A stretch of 64,000 nt of DNA from Raillietiella orientalis (taxonomy: Eukaryota). Both the position numbers and the translations under genes were made by a program. Shown here one piece after another: positions 41,830 to 53,990 of this stretch. The stretch is from positions 1,054,001 through 1,118,000 of the forward strand of contig JAYWIR010000026.1 of assembly GCA_036172245.1 (NCBI GenBank), read 5' to 3'. The notes beneath the pieces were generated by a model. That model ran no database searches. It worked only from the letters and a program-made list of their open reading frames with translations, and was not told the origin of the DNA. The first letter of the stretch is position 1. Each line of letters begins with the position of its first letter.

Positions 41830-43825
41830 TTATAACCCGGTCACGCCGGGGCGTTTATTAATAATGATAAACTGGTCAGGGACAATGTCCTTAACCAACA
41901 GAACGACAGGGAACATAGAGAAATTGCCGGCACGCAGGCCTGGTAAACAAACCGCTCGCAACGTAGGAGGAATAAGGGGATAACAAACAAAAATACAAAA
42001 ACTGGAGGAAAGGGTAACGGGTCTTTGGTTAGGCTCCGTACTCACGGAGATTTAAACGGGAAGCACCTGAAATGTTCCGGAGCCTATAGGGACGCGGGTG
42101 TAAAAAAAAATAAAAAATTTGTTTATGGAGGGTAGGGCAATGATCACCGGGTTGGCCGCTGCTGAGCGTGTGTAAACCGGCGGTGTATTTCGGCGAGATT
42201 CCTCTTTGACTCCTCTGTCAAATGAGGCCATCTAGCAACTGCTACCATGTAGAAGGATGCTTTGCTGATTACCTCTTGGTGCTGCCCGTTCATAACCAAC
42301 GCCTGGCGGACCGAAACTATCGCGCGTATGCAACCGATGGTTGCAATCCTGGCGCTTAGGGACAGCCCGCTCGGCGTGAAGAATCGTCGCAGCAAGTCTC
42401 TTGCGGTGTCCACGGGATGCACTAGTGCTGTTGTCAGCCTACGCGACGGTCCTTGTAGGACATTGCAGTCCCGAAGTAGGTGTGAGATCGAGTCCGTCGA
42501 TCCGCACCGAACGCAGTTGGCAGATGCAAGTCCCCCGGAGTCTCAATGCCAACGCTCGTTGCATTGAAAACCAAAGTGAACGAAAAGCAGCACAGCTTGT
42601 TTCCAAGCAAGGGGGAGCAGCGAACTTTGAACACACTGCGGAGGGACTACAAGTTCTTCGGGGGTGACAGCAAGTTCTTCTGCCCACCGGAGGAGTCCCT
42701 TTGAAGTACAACGAGGAGTGGCGGCGTCCGCCAAATCACTAGTCTTCCAGGCGCCAAGGAGTTTTGTTTTCTCCGCTATTGTGCAGGAAACCTCCCACCT
42801 TGCCGGTTCGCAACTGTCGTTTTCTGACTTGAAGGCAGACAGCGCTGAGGCAGGAGGCGTGGCAGTCAGGATAGAAAACTTCACCTCGTCCTGCAGTACT
42901 TCTTCCAAAGATCGCGGAAGAAGATAGCGCAGTGGACGAATATCTTCAGGGCGCATTTTTTGGAACGCTGCCCAGGATTCAACAGATCCTCAAGCCAAGC
43001 TTTGAAGTTCATTGGGCGGCAGGAGATCCACGAATGGGCATCCAGAAGTGCGGTCAACTGCCGCAATGGAAGCCCAAAACCTCGCTTCCTGTATTGGGTG
43101 CCCGGCAAACGCGAGAGCAGTCCGTCGCTCCCGGCGCATCTCCGCAGGAAAATGCGTGCAGGCACACACAAATGGGATGTCCACAGATGAGCACACAGTG
43201 CCAGAAGTCGCAACTGCACCTGTAGTCCGATTCGCTCCATTGTCAGGATACCCAAACCAAAATCCCGACGTGGAGCAGCCAAGTCTTTAAGGCGGATCCT
43301 GGATCTCGCCGGACCCTAGAGAGCGTTCCTGAGCAGGCGTTTAGCTCGCTGTTTCGCCGCAGAGGGGGGGTCCAAAACAAAAAACAGGGGACGGAGGAGG
43401 GGGGCCACAAAGGTGTTTCAAATAGTCGCCCGTTCCTGCAAGGTAAACTTGCCGTTAATGAACGGGATGATGGCCAACTCTGCTTTCTGAAGGCAGTCCG
43501 ACCACGCTTTGGCTGCGCCGACAGCGCCCAACGGAACGCCAAGGTACTTAAAGTACCCGTCCGTGGGGATCCCCAGGCGGATCCAGTCTGACTGCCCCTT
43601 CCACGACGCACCCACCGGTACGACCACGCTCTTCTCCCTGTTTACGCTTACGCCCGCTACACGACGAACCAGGTCGAAGAAATCTTCGACACTGGACGCC
43701 GGGATGGACATGGGGAGCAGAAGAAGCAGGTCATCAGCGTAGGCGGACACGGCAGGCGTTCCCGGGCAGGAGCTTGGCAAGTGAGACAGCATCAGCCTGT
43801 ATGCTCTTAGCACCAACTCAAAGAA
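41830..43825 (-). mobile_element. Family A LINE copy A3, 5'-truncated, TSD ACTTCAATC
   Basis: Colinear with 2200-4197. GATTGAAGT at 41821-41829 and 43826-43834. Confidence 0.95.
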
Positions 43826-44240
43826 GATTGAAGTCACCCGTAATAAGGTGCGCCCTTCGCACGCCAGCTTCAGCCAGCCAGTCTTGCCGCAGGGATTCGA
43901 AGAATGCAGTGCGTTCCTCCGTCCTGTGGCTGCCCACAAGAGCGTAGAGGTTCGTGACCACGAGGTCGATCGAGTCGGACCACTTGAACACAAGCTGCCC
44001 AACTCGACCGTCCTCGTCGGACCGTACGCTGCGCAGTGTGCTGTCGACGGCTTTTTTAAGCAAAAAGGCCACTCCTCAAGAGCGGTCGTTTCCATTTCTC
44101 CACAGTCTCCGGCCTCCTGCGATTCTTTCGATTTCCTGGATGTCTCCTGCTCTGAGAACATGCGTCTCTTGCAGCTGCACCAGGTCGAAGTCTCGCAGTA
44201 TGGCGGCTAAGTCTCGCCTATTTCCTCCGTCGCGCAACCC

Positions 44241-45840
44241 CCTGCGGAAGCGTGGTCCTGCAGCCTCCAAAAAGTCGAGACGGCGATCGACCCGTTCCTG
44301 GGAGGCAAGTTTCACTTGCCAGAAAGGGCCGCGGTTTAGAATGCCTTCGCGGCCCCCATCCTCCGCCCCTTGCTTTTTGTTTGCCCCGCCTCCGTGGAAT
44401 CTAAAAAGCGGACGAAGGACCTCCTACGCATAGCCCTTTGGGCAAGGGGAGGCCCCGAGTCCGTTTGAAGGACTTGTGCGCTCCGCGTCGGGACGGCGGT
44501 CTCAGCATCCTGACGCTGGAGCGCGTGGAAATCCAGCTGCGATGGCGAACCTTCGCCATCGCAGCGAAGATGTGGAACACCGCTTGGTGCATTCCGGCCC
44601 GCCTCCTGGCCAGGCATGTGTCCCGCTGCGAAGGACTCGCATCGTTTCTTCTGTGCCCTGGCCGGAAGATTCGAAGATGCGGTCTACTGCTCGGCCGCAT
44701 GGCAACCCTGGCGGAAGAGAACGACTGGATGGTTTGTGGCCCCGCTAACTCCTCCGCTTGGCTGGAGGAGAATGCTGGCACCTGGGCCAAGCAGAACCTG
44801 AGGTGCGAAGACCCGATGAACTGCCTCCGAGTCGGCTTTTACACCCGCCGAACTCTGCGTGGAATTCTTGAATTACCACCGAGTTGCACGTGGGCGGAAG
44901 GGACACCCCTTGCTACGGCGATGCCCTTCCTCCAAAGGGCGCTTAACGATAGCCGGAAGCCGAGGTGGCAAGTCTGCTGCCGTATCGCAGGCAGAGAGAA
45001 GATGATGAGCGGCTGGACCATGGGAGAGTTGACAGATGCGACGACCCCTAGTCTCCAGCCGCGTGTCTTAAGAAGATGGGGCGAGCTGCTCGGCATTCGA
45101 TTGGATGACCTGAAGTGGCCTCCGGTTCTACTTGGATTCAGGATTCTTTCCCTGAAGTGGCAAGAATCGGCGCTTCTGTGGCTGCATTGGGGTCTACCCT
45201 GCAACGCGCGCCGCTTCCACTGGACGCGGGGAAGAGTAAATCCTGCGTGTGCCAGGTGTGGGGAGCAGGAGTCGCTCCCCCACCTCTTAGTTGATTGCCC
45301 TGCCGTCCGGATTCTTTGGGATCGTCTCAAATCGGCCCTTGGGATACAGGATGGTGGCAATGTTGGATGTGTCTACAGTCTTGTCTTCGTGCGAGACGCC
45401 CTCAGTCCAGCCGCAGCCCTGGCAGCACTTTGCTGCATTCGTGGTATCGTGGCGGTCTGGAGTGATGCCGAAGATGAAGACTGCATCGTGAGGGACGTCA
45501 TCGAGTATGCTGTTTGCTTCCTGCAGAGAGCTACTGGATGGCCCCATCTGAGAAAAATGAAAATGGAACTCGAAGGCATCCTGCAAAGGATGGGCTCTCC
45601 CAGCAGTTGTCTGTGATTCCTTCCCGGCCCTCCAAACTCCTTTGGTTTTTTTTTTATTATTTTATTTTATTTCTGTTTTCTCTTCCATCCCCTTCTACTG
45701 CCGAGGAGAGCCGCACCGGGCTGCGTCCCGGTGTCCCGGCAGGTCCGGTATTGCGTGGTCGGCAGTAAGGCCTTGTACCACGTTCTGTAATGACTGTAGA
45801 AATGTTTTTTAATAAACCTCCCGGCGTATCCGGGTGGCAT
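44241..45840 (+). mobile_element. Family B LINE copy B7, 5'-truncated, TSD CGTCGCGCAACCC
   Basis: Colinear with 11447-13035. Direct repeat at 44228-44240 and 45841-45853. Confidence 0.95.
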
Positions 45841-46759
45841 CGTCGCGCAACCCGTTGACGTTCCAACAGGTGATGCGCAGGCGTCGGAAGGAGGCGAGCC
45901 CGCGCATCGGTGTAGTTATGGTTAGGTGGAGGTTGCCTCCTCCCTTTCGGGAGGCTGCTTGTTGGCGGCCGTGACGACGGTCGGCTGCTCACACGGGAGC
46001 ACGTCGTCGACAGCGATTTCCATTTCTGAGGATTCCAGGACACGGACGGGAGAGGGTTCGCGTGGCGCAACACACATCGATTCCTCTTCCGTGCCCGAGG
46101 ACATGGCCTCGTTCACCTGGGAAGCGGCCACACGTCTCGGGACCCCGACCTTTTGTACGGCCTTCCGTACAGTTCCGTACTTTTCCAGACTTTCGCGAAC
46201 GGCGGTCTTTGCTATCCTCATTGTTATTCCGGTGAGGTGGAGAACGATCGAATTGTCCGCCGTGAACGGGAAGATTCTTCTCATGTTCACGCTCACCGGC
46301 AGGCGCAGCTGCTGTTGAGCCATCCCTGCAGACTTGCAGTTCAGCTCAACCAGCTGCCCGCCACTTCGCACCGAAAGCCCGAGGATTTCTTCCTCCGGGA
46401 CTTTCAATTTCTTAAATTCTGCGGCGAAAGACCGCAAGACTGCGGGGGAGTACAGGCCATTTCCCTTATAAAGCAGGGCCGGGTTCTACCCGTCGGCCAT
46501 GTACGCCCGCTGTTCCTCTGCGGGGGGCGGCGCAGGCGCCGCGACCACCGCGCTCCAAGCCCTCGCCGGGGCGGGGGACTAATCTGTGGGGGGATGGCCC
46601 TTACATCCATGGGTTGGGAGGACGAGGCTCGCTCGCCCCCCTCCGCCGTTTTGGCGGCGTCCTCGGGCGTTTCTGCCCAGGAACAACCGCGCTGAAAGCA
46701 CCGAAACCACTGGCGAAAAAACGCTTTCTCGGAGAACCACAAAAACGCGTCTTTCTTGT

Positions 46760-48103
46760 CGCGCGGCGGCGGCAACAGCTGGCGTGACGTCACCGTTCAA
46801 ACTCGGATGTGCTCAAGCCCTGAAAGCTCCGTCTTCGCTGCTTACGCTCGATTCGCGACTTGGTCGCGGCGTCGGCGCATGCGCGACGGCGGGTTCACCG
46901 GGAGTGACGTCATTGCATATCGATTTCGTAGCGGAGCGGTTGTCGATCTCCGGGATGCGTCGAATTCTCTCGCGGCATTCCTTGATGACCTCCCGAGGCG
47001 CGGCCTTGTCCTTGCCTTTGGAGATCGTCGCAGGGGCAGCGCGGTTTTGTTAATAAATTTAATTTTACCGGAGACCAGCTGCCAGCCTTCCTCGTCGGCA
47101 GTCTGTTTCGGAGTCTCTTTTAATGAGTTCGCTGCTTGCTGCACGACTTTTTCGTTCGGCGGTCTTTCCGCGATTATATTTCGATTTATTTTAGCCGCTG
47201 TCTTCTCCTTAATATTTTGGGAAGATTCCGACGGTTGTGGAGCGACTTTCATCGGGCACACCACTTTGGCGTGACCCTTAGCGCCGCACGTAAGCATAAT
47301 GCGTCGGGGCATCTCTTTTTAAGATGCCCGAACGTCTTACATATGCCGCAAAGCTTCGGCTTCCTCACATACCATACATCGACAAACTCGGTGCCGATCT
47401 GGAGTTTGTGAGGAAGTTCGCACCCCTCGCGAAGGGTCACGCGTGCGGCGACGAGCCCGCTAAAGGCAGCCCCAATACAGAAAGTGTTCGGCTTCCGCCA
47501 CGTGGCATGAATCGCCGCGTATTTTTCAGTTTCGGCGCGAATGGACGTATCGTCCATTCGCACCGTTGTTCCCGTTAGGTGGATCACAATAGAACTGCCC
47601 ACCGTGTAGGGAAGGATGTTGTGACGCTCCATCTGCCCAGGCGTGCAGAGCAGTTTGTGAGACAGAGCTGCATCTTTGCAGCTCTGTCTCACAAACTGCC
47701 CGCCGCTGCGCACGGAGAGGCACGCAATCTCCTCTTCCTTAATGCCCATCCTAAGGATGGCATTCCCAATTTTTCGCGCTCGGAGAGGCGAATATAAATT
47801 GCCTACCTTGTACAGGAGGGCCAGATTATAGCCATCCTGTATGTAGTCCGCAATTTTCGCGGCGACGTCCGGCGTTTCGGCCGCTGCCACCGCGCTCCAT
47901 GCCCTCGCCGGGGCAGCGGGGTTCGATTGGGTGGTGGGGCGAGACCCCACCTCAGCAGGCTTGGAAGGCGGAGCATTTCCGACTCCCTTGCCTTTAACAG
48001 CGGCGTTTCCAGGCATCGCTGCCCGTCAGCAGCCGCGAAAGCACACGACACAATACAAAGAAACCCTTCTCTTGACGGAGGGCTCCGAAAACACGTCCGT
48101 CGT
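46760..48103 (-). mobile_element. LINE family F, 5' part (5'UTR + ORF1 from ATG 48016)
   Basis: 5' motif at 48088-48098. WSAVAA, YKVGNL, WYVRKP, CGICKTFGHLKKRC, EGWQLV. Confidence 0.88.
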
Positions 48104-48109
48104 TGGCTG

Positions 48110-49150
48110 TGGAACCAGCCGGTATTCGCAGCATTGTAAGGAGTTATTACATTGCTCCCTACAATCGTTTCGAACTCACTGAAACTTCTGTGGACTTCCT
48201 TTACCTCCCTTGCTTCCGTGCTGCCCTCCCTCAGGAAAGCCAGAGACAGCCAAGAGGAGGTATCGTGGGAAGTGTCCTACCTCATCGGAGGTAGAAAAAA
48301 CTCATGAAGGCGTGGACGTCCCGGGAACTAGCGGACGCTTCAGCTCCGAGTGTCCCGCCAAATAGAATTGTGCGCTGGAGCGAGCTGCTCGATATACCTT
48401 CAGAGGAGGTGAAGTGGCTCCTATCGTCTTGGGACGACGGCACCCTTCCCCTGCAATGACAGCGCACGGCGTTGCTTCTGGTCCATTGGGGACTTTTAAG
48501 CAGAGCATGCCTGTCTCACTGGACCTCAGGGAGTGTGGATGCTAATAGCACAGAGTGAGGGGGAAGGGAGAACATCCCCCACTTAATCATGGAGTGTGTT
48601 GCCCTCCGTCAGATGTGAGATCGATTCTCGTCGATCCTGAACAATCCGGTTGCCGACCCCTAGAACATTTTACAACGCCTCCTGATACGGGACGCCATGC
48701 CAGCCTCCGGGTGTGTAGCAGTGCTCTGTTGCATAAGCGAAATTTTGGAGAAGTGAACCGCAACTAGGAGAGGAGGAAGAAGTCAGAATGCCATTCACTG
48801 GGTAACTATCTCTTTGGAGAACGTTTCCCGTGGTCGCTTTCTGAGAAAACTTCTGCCGGCACTTGTTCGCATCCAAAACCGGATACAGAGGCCTCCCTAC
48901 GGCGTACCTTGATCCCTTGCCTTTCCTCTTTTCCCCCGAAACGTTGTCCCCTTAGGCATTTTTCTTTTCTTGGTTGATTTTTTCCTGTTTTTCCCGCCCC
49001 TTCTCCAGTGGAGAGGACCTTAGCGGCCTGCGGATAGGTAAGAACAAGTACCCCAATACAGACAGAACATGTGTTCTAACTGAAAAAATGAAAGTGATAA
49101 TGACACAAGAAGACTTTTTTATATAAATTCTTTTTGTAAAAATTTTAATA
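48110..49150 (+). mobile_element. Heavily decayed B-like LINE 3' relic
   Basis: Traces of IRSIVRSYY, RWSELL and LVHWG, and GATCCCTT followed by a U-rich 3'UTR at 48911. Confidence 0.65.
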
Positions 49151-49289
49151 ATGAAAGCACCGGATTGCCGTGGTGAAAAATCTGCGCTCCTGCTGGAGCA
49201 ACGCGATAATCACCGTTTCTTTCAGAGGACAAAACGTGTTTGGCCTGTAGGTAAGGCGAGACTACCGGCATCGCGACAGCCTGAGTCTC

Positions 49290-51117
49290 CTGCTCTTTGG
49301 CACCTATTTTGCACTGGTGCTGAGAGCATAGAGGGTGACTACCTTACCGAGCTCGTGCACAGACACGCCGGCTTTGTTGGCGTATGCTGAACACTTTCTG
49401 CTCCTGCTGACCATGTCCGCACCGGTTTCGGCAGTCAAGGATTTCTTCGACTTGCTGAGACGCGAGACAGGACTACGGGTGAAGAGGACGAACTCTTCGT
49501 TGGTTGCGGTTGGTGCAACGTGGGCAGGACGACCTGACTGGATCCGCCTAGGGATCCCCACGGAGAGGTACTTAAAGTACCTTGGCTTCCATTGGGGGAC
49601 TTCTGCCAGTCAGAAGCCTGGTCATGTCATCTCCTAAAAGTGGAATCGGCGATCGACCCGTTCCTGGAAGGCAAGTTTTACTTGCGGAAACGGACCGCAT
49701 TGCGGAAGGCGTTCGCGGCTTCCCTCCTTCTCCCCCGGCTTTTTGTTTGCCCCGCACCCCGCAAGATGAAGAAGAGAACTAAAGATCTGCGTATCGCCCT
49801 GTAGGGTAGCGGGACTCCTTGTGTGCCTCTGCAAGACTTGTGAGCTTTACTTCGGGATGGCGATCTCGTCCTCCTGACGCTGGATCGGATGCTAATTCAG
49901 TTGCAATAGCGAACATTGGCCATCGCAGCGACGTGTATTCAGAGCTACAGAGCGGGAGGACTCTCCTCTTTTCCTCTGTGTCCCGGCCGGAATGAAAGAA
50001 GATACGGCCTTCTCGAACGCATGGCCCCCTGACCAAGGAGAACGGCTGGATAGTCTGGTTCCTGGACAGCTCCAGCGCATGGCTGGAAGAAACAGCTGGC
50101 ACGTGACCAAAATTGAACCAGTCTAGTGTTGAATCCTGGAACCGCCTCCTACCCGGCATTTACATCCGCTGTACGCTGCGGAACATGATCGAGTGTCCCG
50201 CCAGAAGCACTTGGGCGGAGACGACCCCATTGGCCACGGTGCTACCCTTCCTACGAAGGGCGCTTCAAAACAGCCGGAAGCCGGAATGGCAAGTCTCCTG
50301 CCGGATAGAGGGCAAGGAGAAGGAGTTAAGTGGGTGGACCATGAGGGAACTGGCAGACGCCGCGACCCCAAGCGTTCACCCGCGTGGAATACGGAGATGG
50401 GGAGAGCTGCTTGGCATCCCGCTGGATGACCTAGAGTGGCCCCCGTTATTTAGAGACCTATTCACCTTCCCCCTCAGGTGGCAGGAAACGGCGCTGCTGT
50501 TGTTGCACTGGGGTCGTCCCTGCAACGCTTGCCGCCACCATTGGACGTTGGGGAACGTGGGACAGAACTGTGCAGTGTGCGGGGAGAAGGAATCCCTCCC
50601 CCACCTGTTAGTGGACTGCGCTGCCCTCCGGCCCTTGTGGGAACGTTATGCTACCACCCTTCCTATGCCGGTCGTCAGTACCCCAGAGACGTTCTGAGAC
50701 TCCTTTTCGTGCGAGACGCCCTGCCACCAGCCTCAAGCCTGGCAGCGCTTTGCTGCCTCCGAGGGATTGTGGCCGCGTGGAGCGCAGCCAACAGAGGAAG
50801 GGATCTCATCGCACACGCGGGTCGCTACCTGCGAATCGCGATCGGCTGGTCCCATCTTTGAGCTATGCAGATGGACCTCGAGGGCATCTTGGAAAGGATG
50901 GTCTCTTCCTCCATAAGACAGTGATCCCTTCCCAACTCACCTAAGTTTTTTTTTTGCTTTTTCTTTTTCTCCCCCGTCTCCTCCGCTGCCGAGGAGAGTC
51001 AAGCCGGTCTGCGTACCGCCTTCCCAGTAGTCCCTAAGATATATTGGCAGTAGCGGGGCCTCGTATCGCAATTGTACAACGTTTAGAAACAAACGCCCCG
51101 CCGTGACTGGGTGGGTT
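49290..51117 (+). mobile_element. Decayed B-like LINE 3' half at the cluster edge
   Basis: AYAEH (decayed YADD), DWIRLGIPT, LLLLHWG, CAVCGEKESLPHLLVDC, 3'UTR and degenerate terminal hairpin. Confidence 0.85.
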
Positions 51118-52594
51118 CGTTACCTCCTCCGGAGGTATGCCGAGTTGCGACGCAGTTTCCTCGATTTCTCCAGCAGAGAGAAAGGGAGGCTGAATCGCCG
51201 CATTAGGCGCCTTTACAGATGATTGAATTGCAGATGATTTACAGATTTACCGTTCATAGATGATTGAAGTAGGAAACGTTGTTGCAGTGTGTCCTGGCGA
51301 CGTCGTTGAGCTTTTGGCACCCGAGTCTTTCCAGATCTTCTCCACATAATCAGGTATCAGGTTGCTTCGTGCCTGCCATTCTATGACTGGCGTTTCTAAA
51401 TCTCCTTTCAGATGCCATTAGTAATGTTATGTGCCAGGAGTCCATCAGAATGGATTGTAAGTTCCACTCTTGACTCGGATTCCTCAGATGAGAAATGTAT
51501 TCTTCATCATTGCTCATTGCGCATTTTTGCGTATTCATTCGAGGGTTCGCCGACTCTGCTAAGGAAGGCCGGTAATCCTCTATGTTGTGCGAACACAACT
51601 TCGTAGATCATTAGCGAGTTGCTCAAAGATTCCTTCTCCACTGCTTGTGCAGATCCTTGTGCAGATCCTGCTTCTCAACCCGTCATTACAACTGTGGAAT
51701 TTCGTTTATCAGCTTCGCGCAAATGGTGAATTCAATGCCTCTATGTGGTAATGGAGCAGAGTGCTTCATGTTTCTTCGTTTTCGAAGGGATTTTTGTTCC
51801 TCTCTTTTGGCGCACAAACGGTCATTTGCTCCCAGTGGCAATGCAGCAGCACCGTATTTGCATTCTCACGAATAGAGTTGGATACTCTGTTCTTTGGTTC
51901 CATAAATTGCTTTTTAGGAATTTAATATTGAACAATCTTGATGAAGTTGGATGCGACCGTGTACTACATGATGAAGCACATATGATGTCACTCGGCTTTT
52001 CCTTTCTAATCCTTCACTCGTCAACCTTCGTGTGACTGGAGAAGATGCGGGCCTGCAAGAAAGCCATGCTTTTGACCACTCTCTCGCTAAAGCCGCGCGG
52101 AAGAAGGTGCAAGAGAAACTAGAATGTGCCGCCCTTTGAACATCAATGCTTGGCGGCTGGAGTCGATGGGATGCTTTCGAAAGGATGCGCACGGAAGATC
52201 CTCGTGGCCGGTGTCACAACAAGAACAAATGGGATCGTGTTGCCGCCACACACAACACGGAGCCGCAGAACTGTGCACCTTCAGGGCGAACAATGACGGC
52301 AGCCTACCGGTGGGGCTGCGGCTCTCCTGAACCATTGCAAAAGAGAACACGCTCCTTGGCGGTTGGCAGACGAAGGAGTTGATGCATGTCGCCATTCCTC
52401 CCAATCGGGCGAAGGGACTTTAAGGGTAGAGCGGAGCTTCAAGTGTGCCTTCGTAAAGAGATCCCAGCCTCTTGGTTACATCGATCTGTGTCCACCTTAA
52501 AATAGAAACAGGATGTGCTGCTATTTTTACACTTGAGTTTACACTGTAATGAGCTGTGTAACATCGTTTCATCTGTCTCGGCGAACTGCTTTAG

Positions 52595-53008
52595 GTGCGA
52601 GACGATGGAGTCGTTCCCGCACTGGTAAAAGTAAATAGCCTTAGAAAAACTTCCGAGAAGTCTTCGCAGAAAATTGCGGCACTGCAAAGATTGAGAGATA
52701 TCGCTGCCGCAGCTGGAGATGAAACAAATTTAGCTACAGCAGCAAAAAGCGCTCACAAAGGCGCAGCCGATGCCTTTCAGCAATTCGGAATTCAGGCAGA
52801 GCGCGTCTCCTGGGCGCAGCAGGCGGATTTCAATACAGAGTCCTACAGCACAAGCTCGACACCAGCGCCTGTGACGCGAAAGCACATCGTGAAGACCCTC
52901 AAACGCATGATTGCCGAGCCGGAAAAGCCAACCGAAAGAGATGCACCAAGCTTCGAGGTGTTGCGGAGGACTAACGAAAACGCTGCTGATCGGGTAAAGG
53001 AGGCGTGA
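52595..53008 (+). CDS. Possible exon or ORF of unknown function
   Basis: 137-aa ORF with helical, protein-like composition; no recognised motif. Confidence 0.2.
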   Translation: MRDDGVVPALVKVNSLRKTSEKSSQKIAALQRLRDIAAAAGDETNLATAAKSAHKGAADAFQQFGIQAERVSWAQQADFNTESYSTSSTPAPVTRKHIVKTLKRMIAEPEKPTERDAPSFEVLRRTNENAADRVKEA

Positions 53009-53379
53009 ACACAACGTTTCACCAGCTTATAGAGTTGGGGTCATGCCCCACCACACAATCGTCCTCCGCCACCCCGGCGCGGACATGCATCGCGATGGTA
53101 AGGGCGGTCCACACCTGAATTCGCCATAAACAATCTCTGCCACGCTGCCTTATGACCACTGGCCGGATGTGACGAGAAACTCCTGCTCACCTTCCCAACC
53201 GTAATGCCAGGAATAGAATCTTTTTTCGTCGCTGGAACATCAACGGGCTGCGCAAAGATAAGAGGTGTAGAGTAGAGGCCATTTCGACTTAGGACTCCTG
53301 CAGGAGACGCACTATGTCCGATGCGCAGGAATAAGCACTAAGCTCCTTCTGCCCTACTGTCCACGAGAGGATGACAGCA

Positions 53380-53990
53380 CAGCAAACACGTGCGTCAACT
53401 TTAAACAGCGCGCAGGTAGAACGCTATACTTGCTAGAAGGCTCCGCGCAAACGTGCGGAGTCGGGTTTATGGTCCATCGTAAGATGGCGGGAGCAGTGTG
53501 TAGCGTTCCATTGGACGAAGATGGGCGAATCAGCCAATCAGTAATCGCTCTTCCGAAAAGGTAGGCGGATGAAAACTCGCTGAACCCGAGTTTTTTCCTC
53601 TCAGACAAATAAAGAAATGTGTTCAAGTGACGAGAAAACGCAAGTGACGAGAAAACGAATGTCCACGAGGACACGGGACTAAAAGACTGGAAAGCTGTAG
53701 CCAAAATATAAGCGGAATGTATGCATCGACGAAAGACCAAACGCGTCCAACCGAGACGCATTTCATCAAGATAGACACACACTAACCTTCACTATCAGTG
53801 CGGTGATGCATGGACTAATCTCTTACCAGAGACTCGCATTATCTGCTGGAACCTAAACGGGCTGGATGACGACGGCAAGAGACAAGACGTAGCTGCTACT
53901 CTACGACCCTCCGACCTGGCGCTTCTACGAGAGACGCACATGCATAACTGAGAAGACGCACAGAAAATCGACCGGAGGTGACCAAAGCGG
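53380..53990 (+). pseudogene. Two decayed LINE endonuclease fragments
   Basis: TCGVGFMV..DEDGRI (about 53450-53535) and IICWNLNGLDDDGKRQDVAATLRPSDLALLRETH (53838-53940). Confidence 0.75.

Larger units (their letters stand above)
41407..46755 (-). mobile_element. Family C LINE copy C2, 5' half, split by two nested insertions (pieces 46755-45841, 44240-43826, 41829-41407)
   Basis: The pieces join into a sequence colinear with C1 (17808-20418). Internal ORF1 deletion near 46165. Confidence 0.92.
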
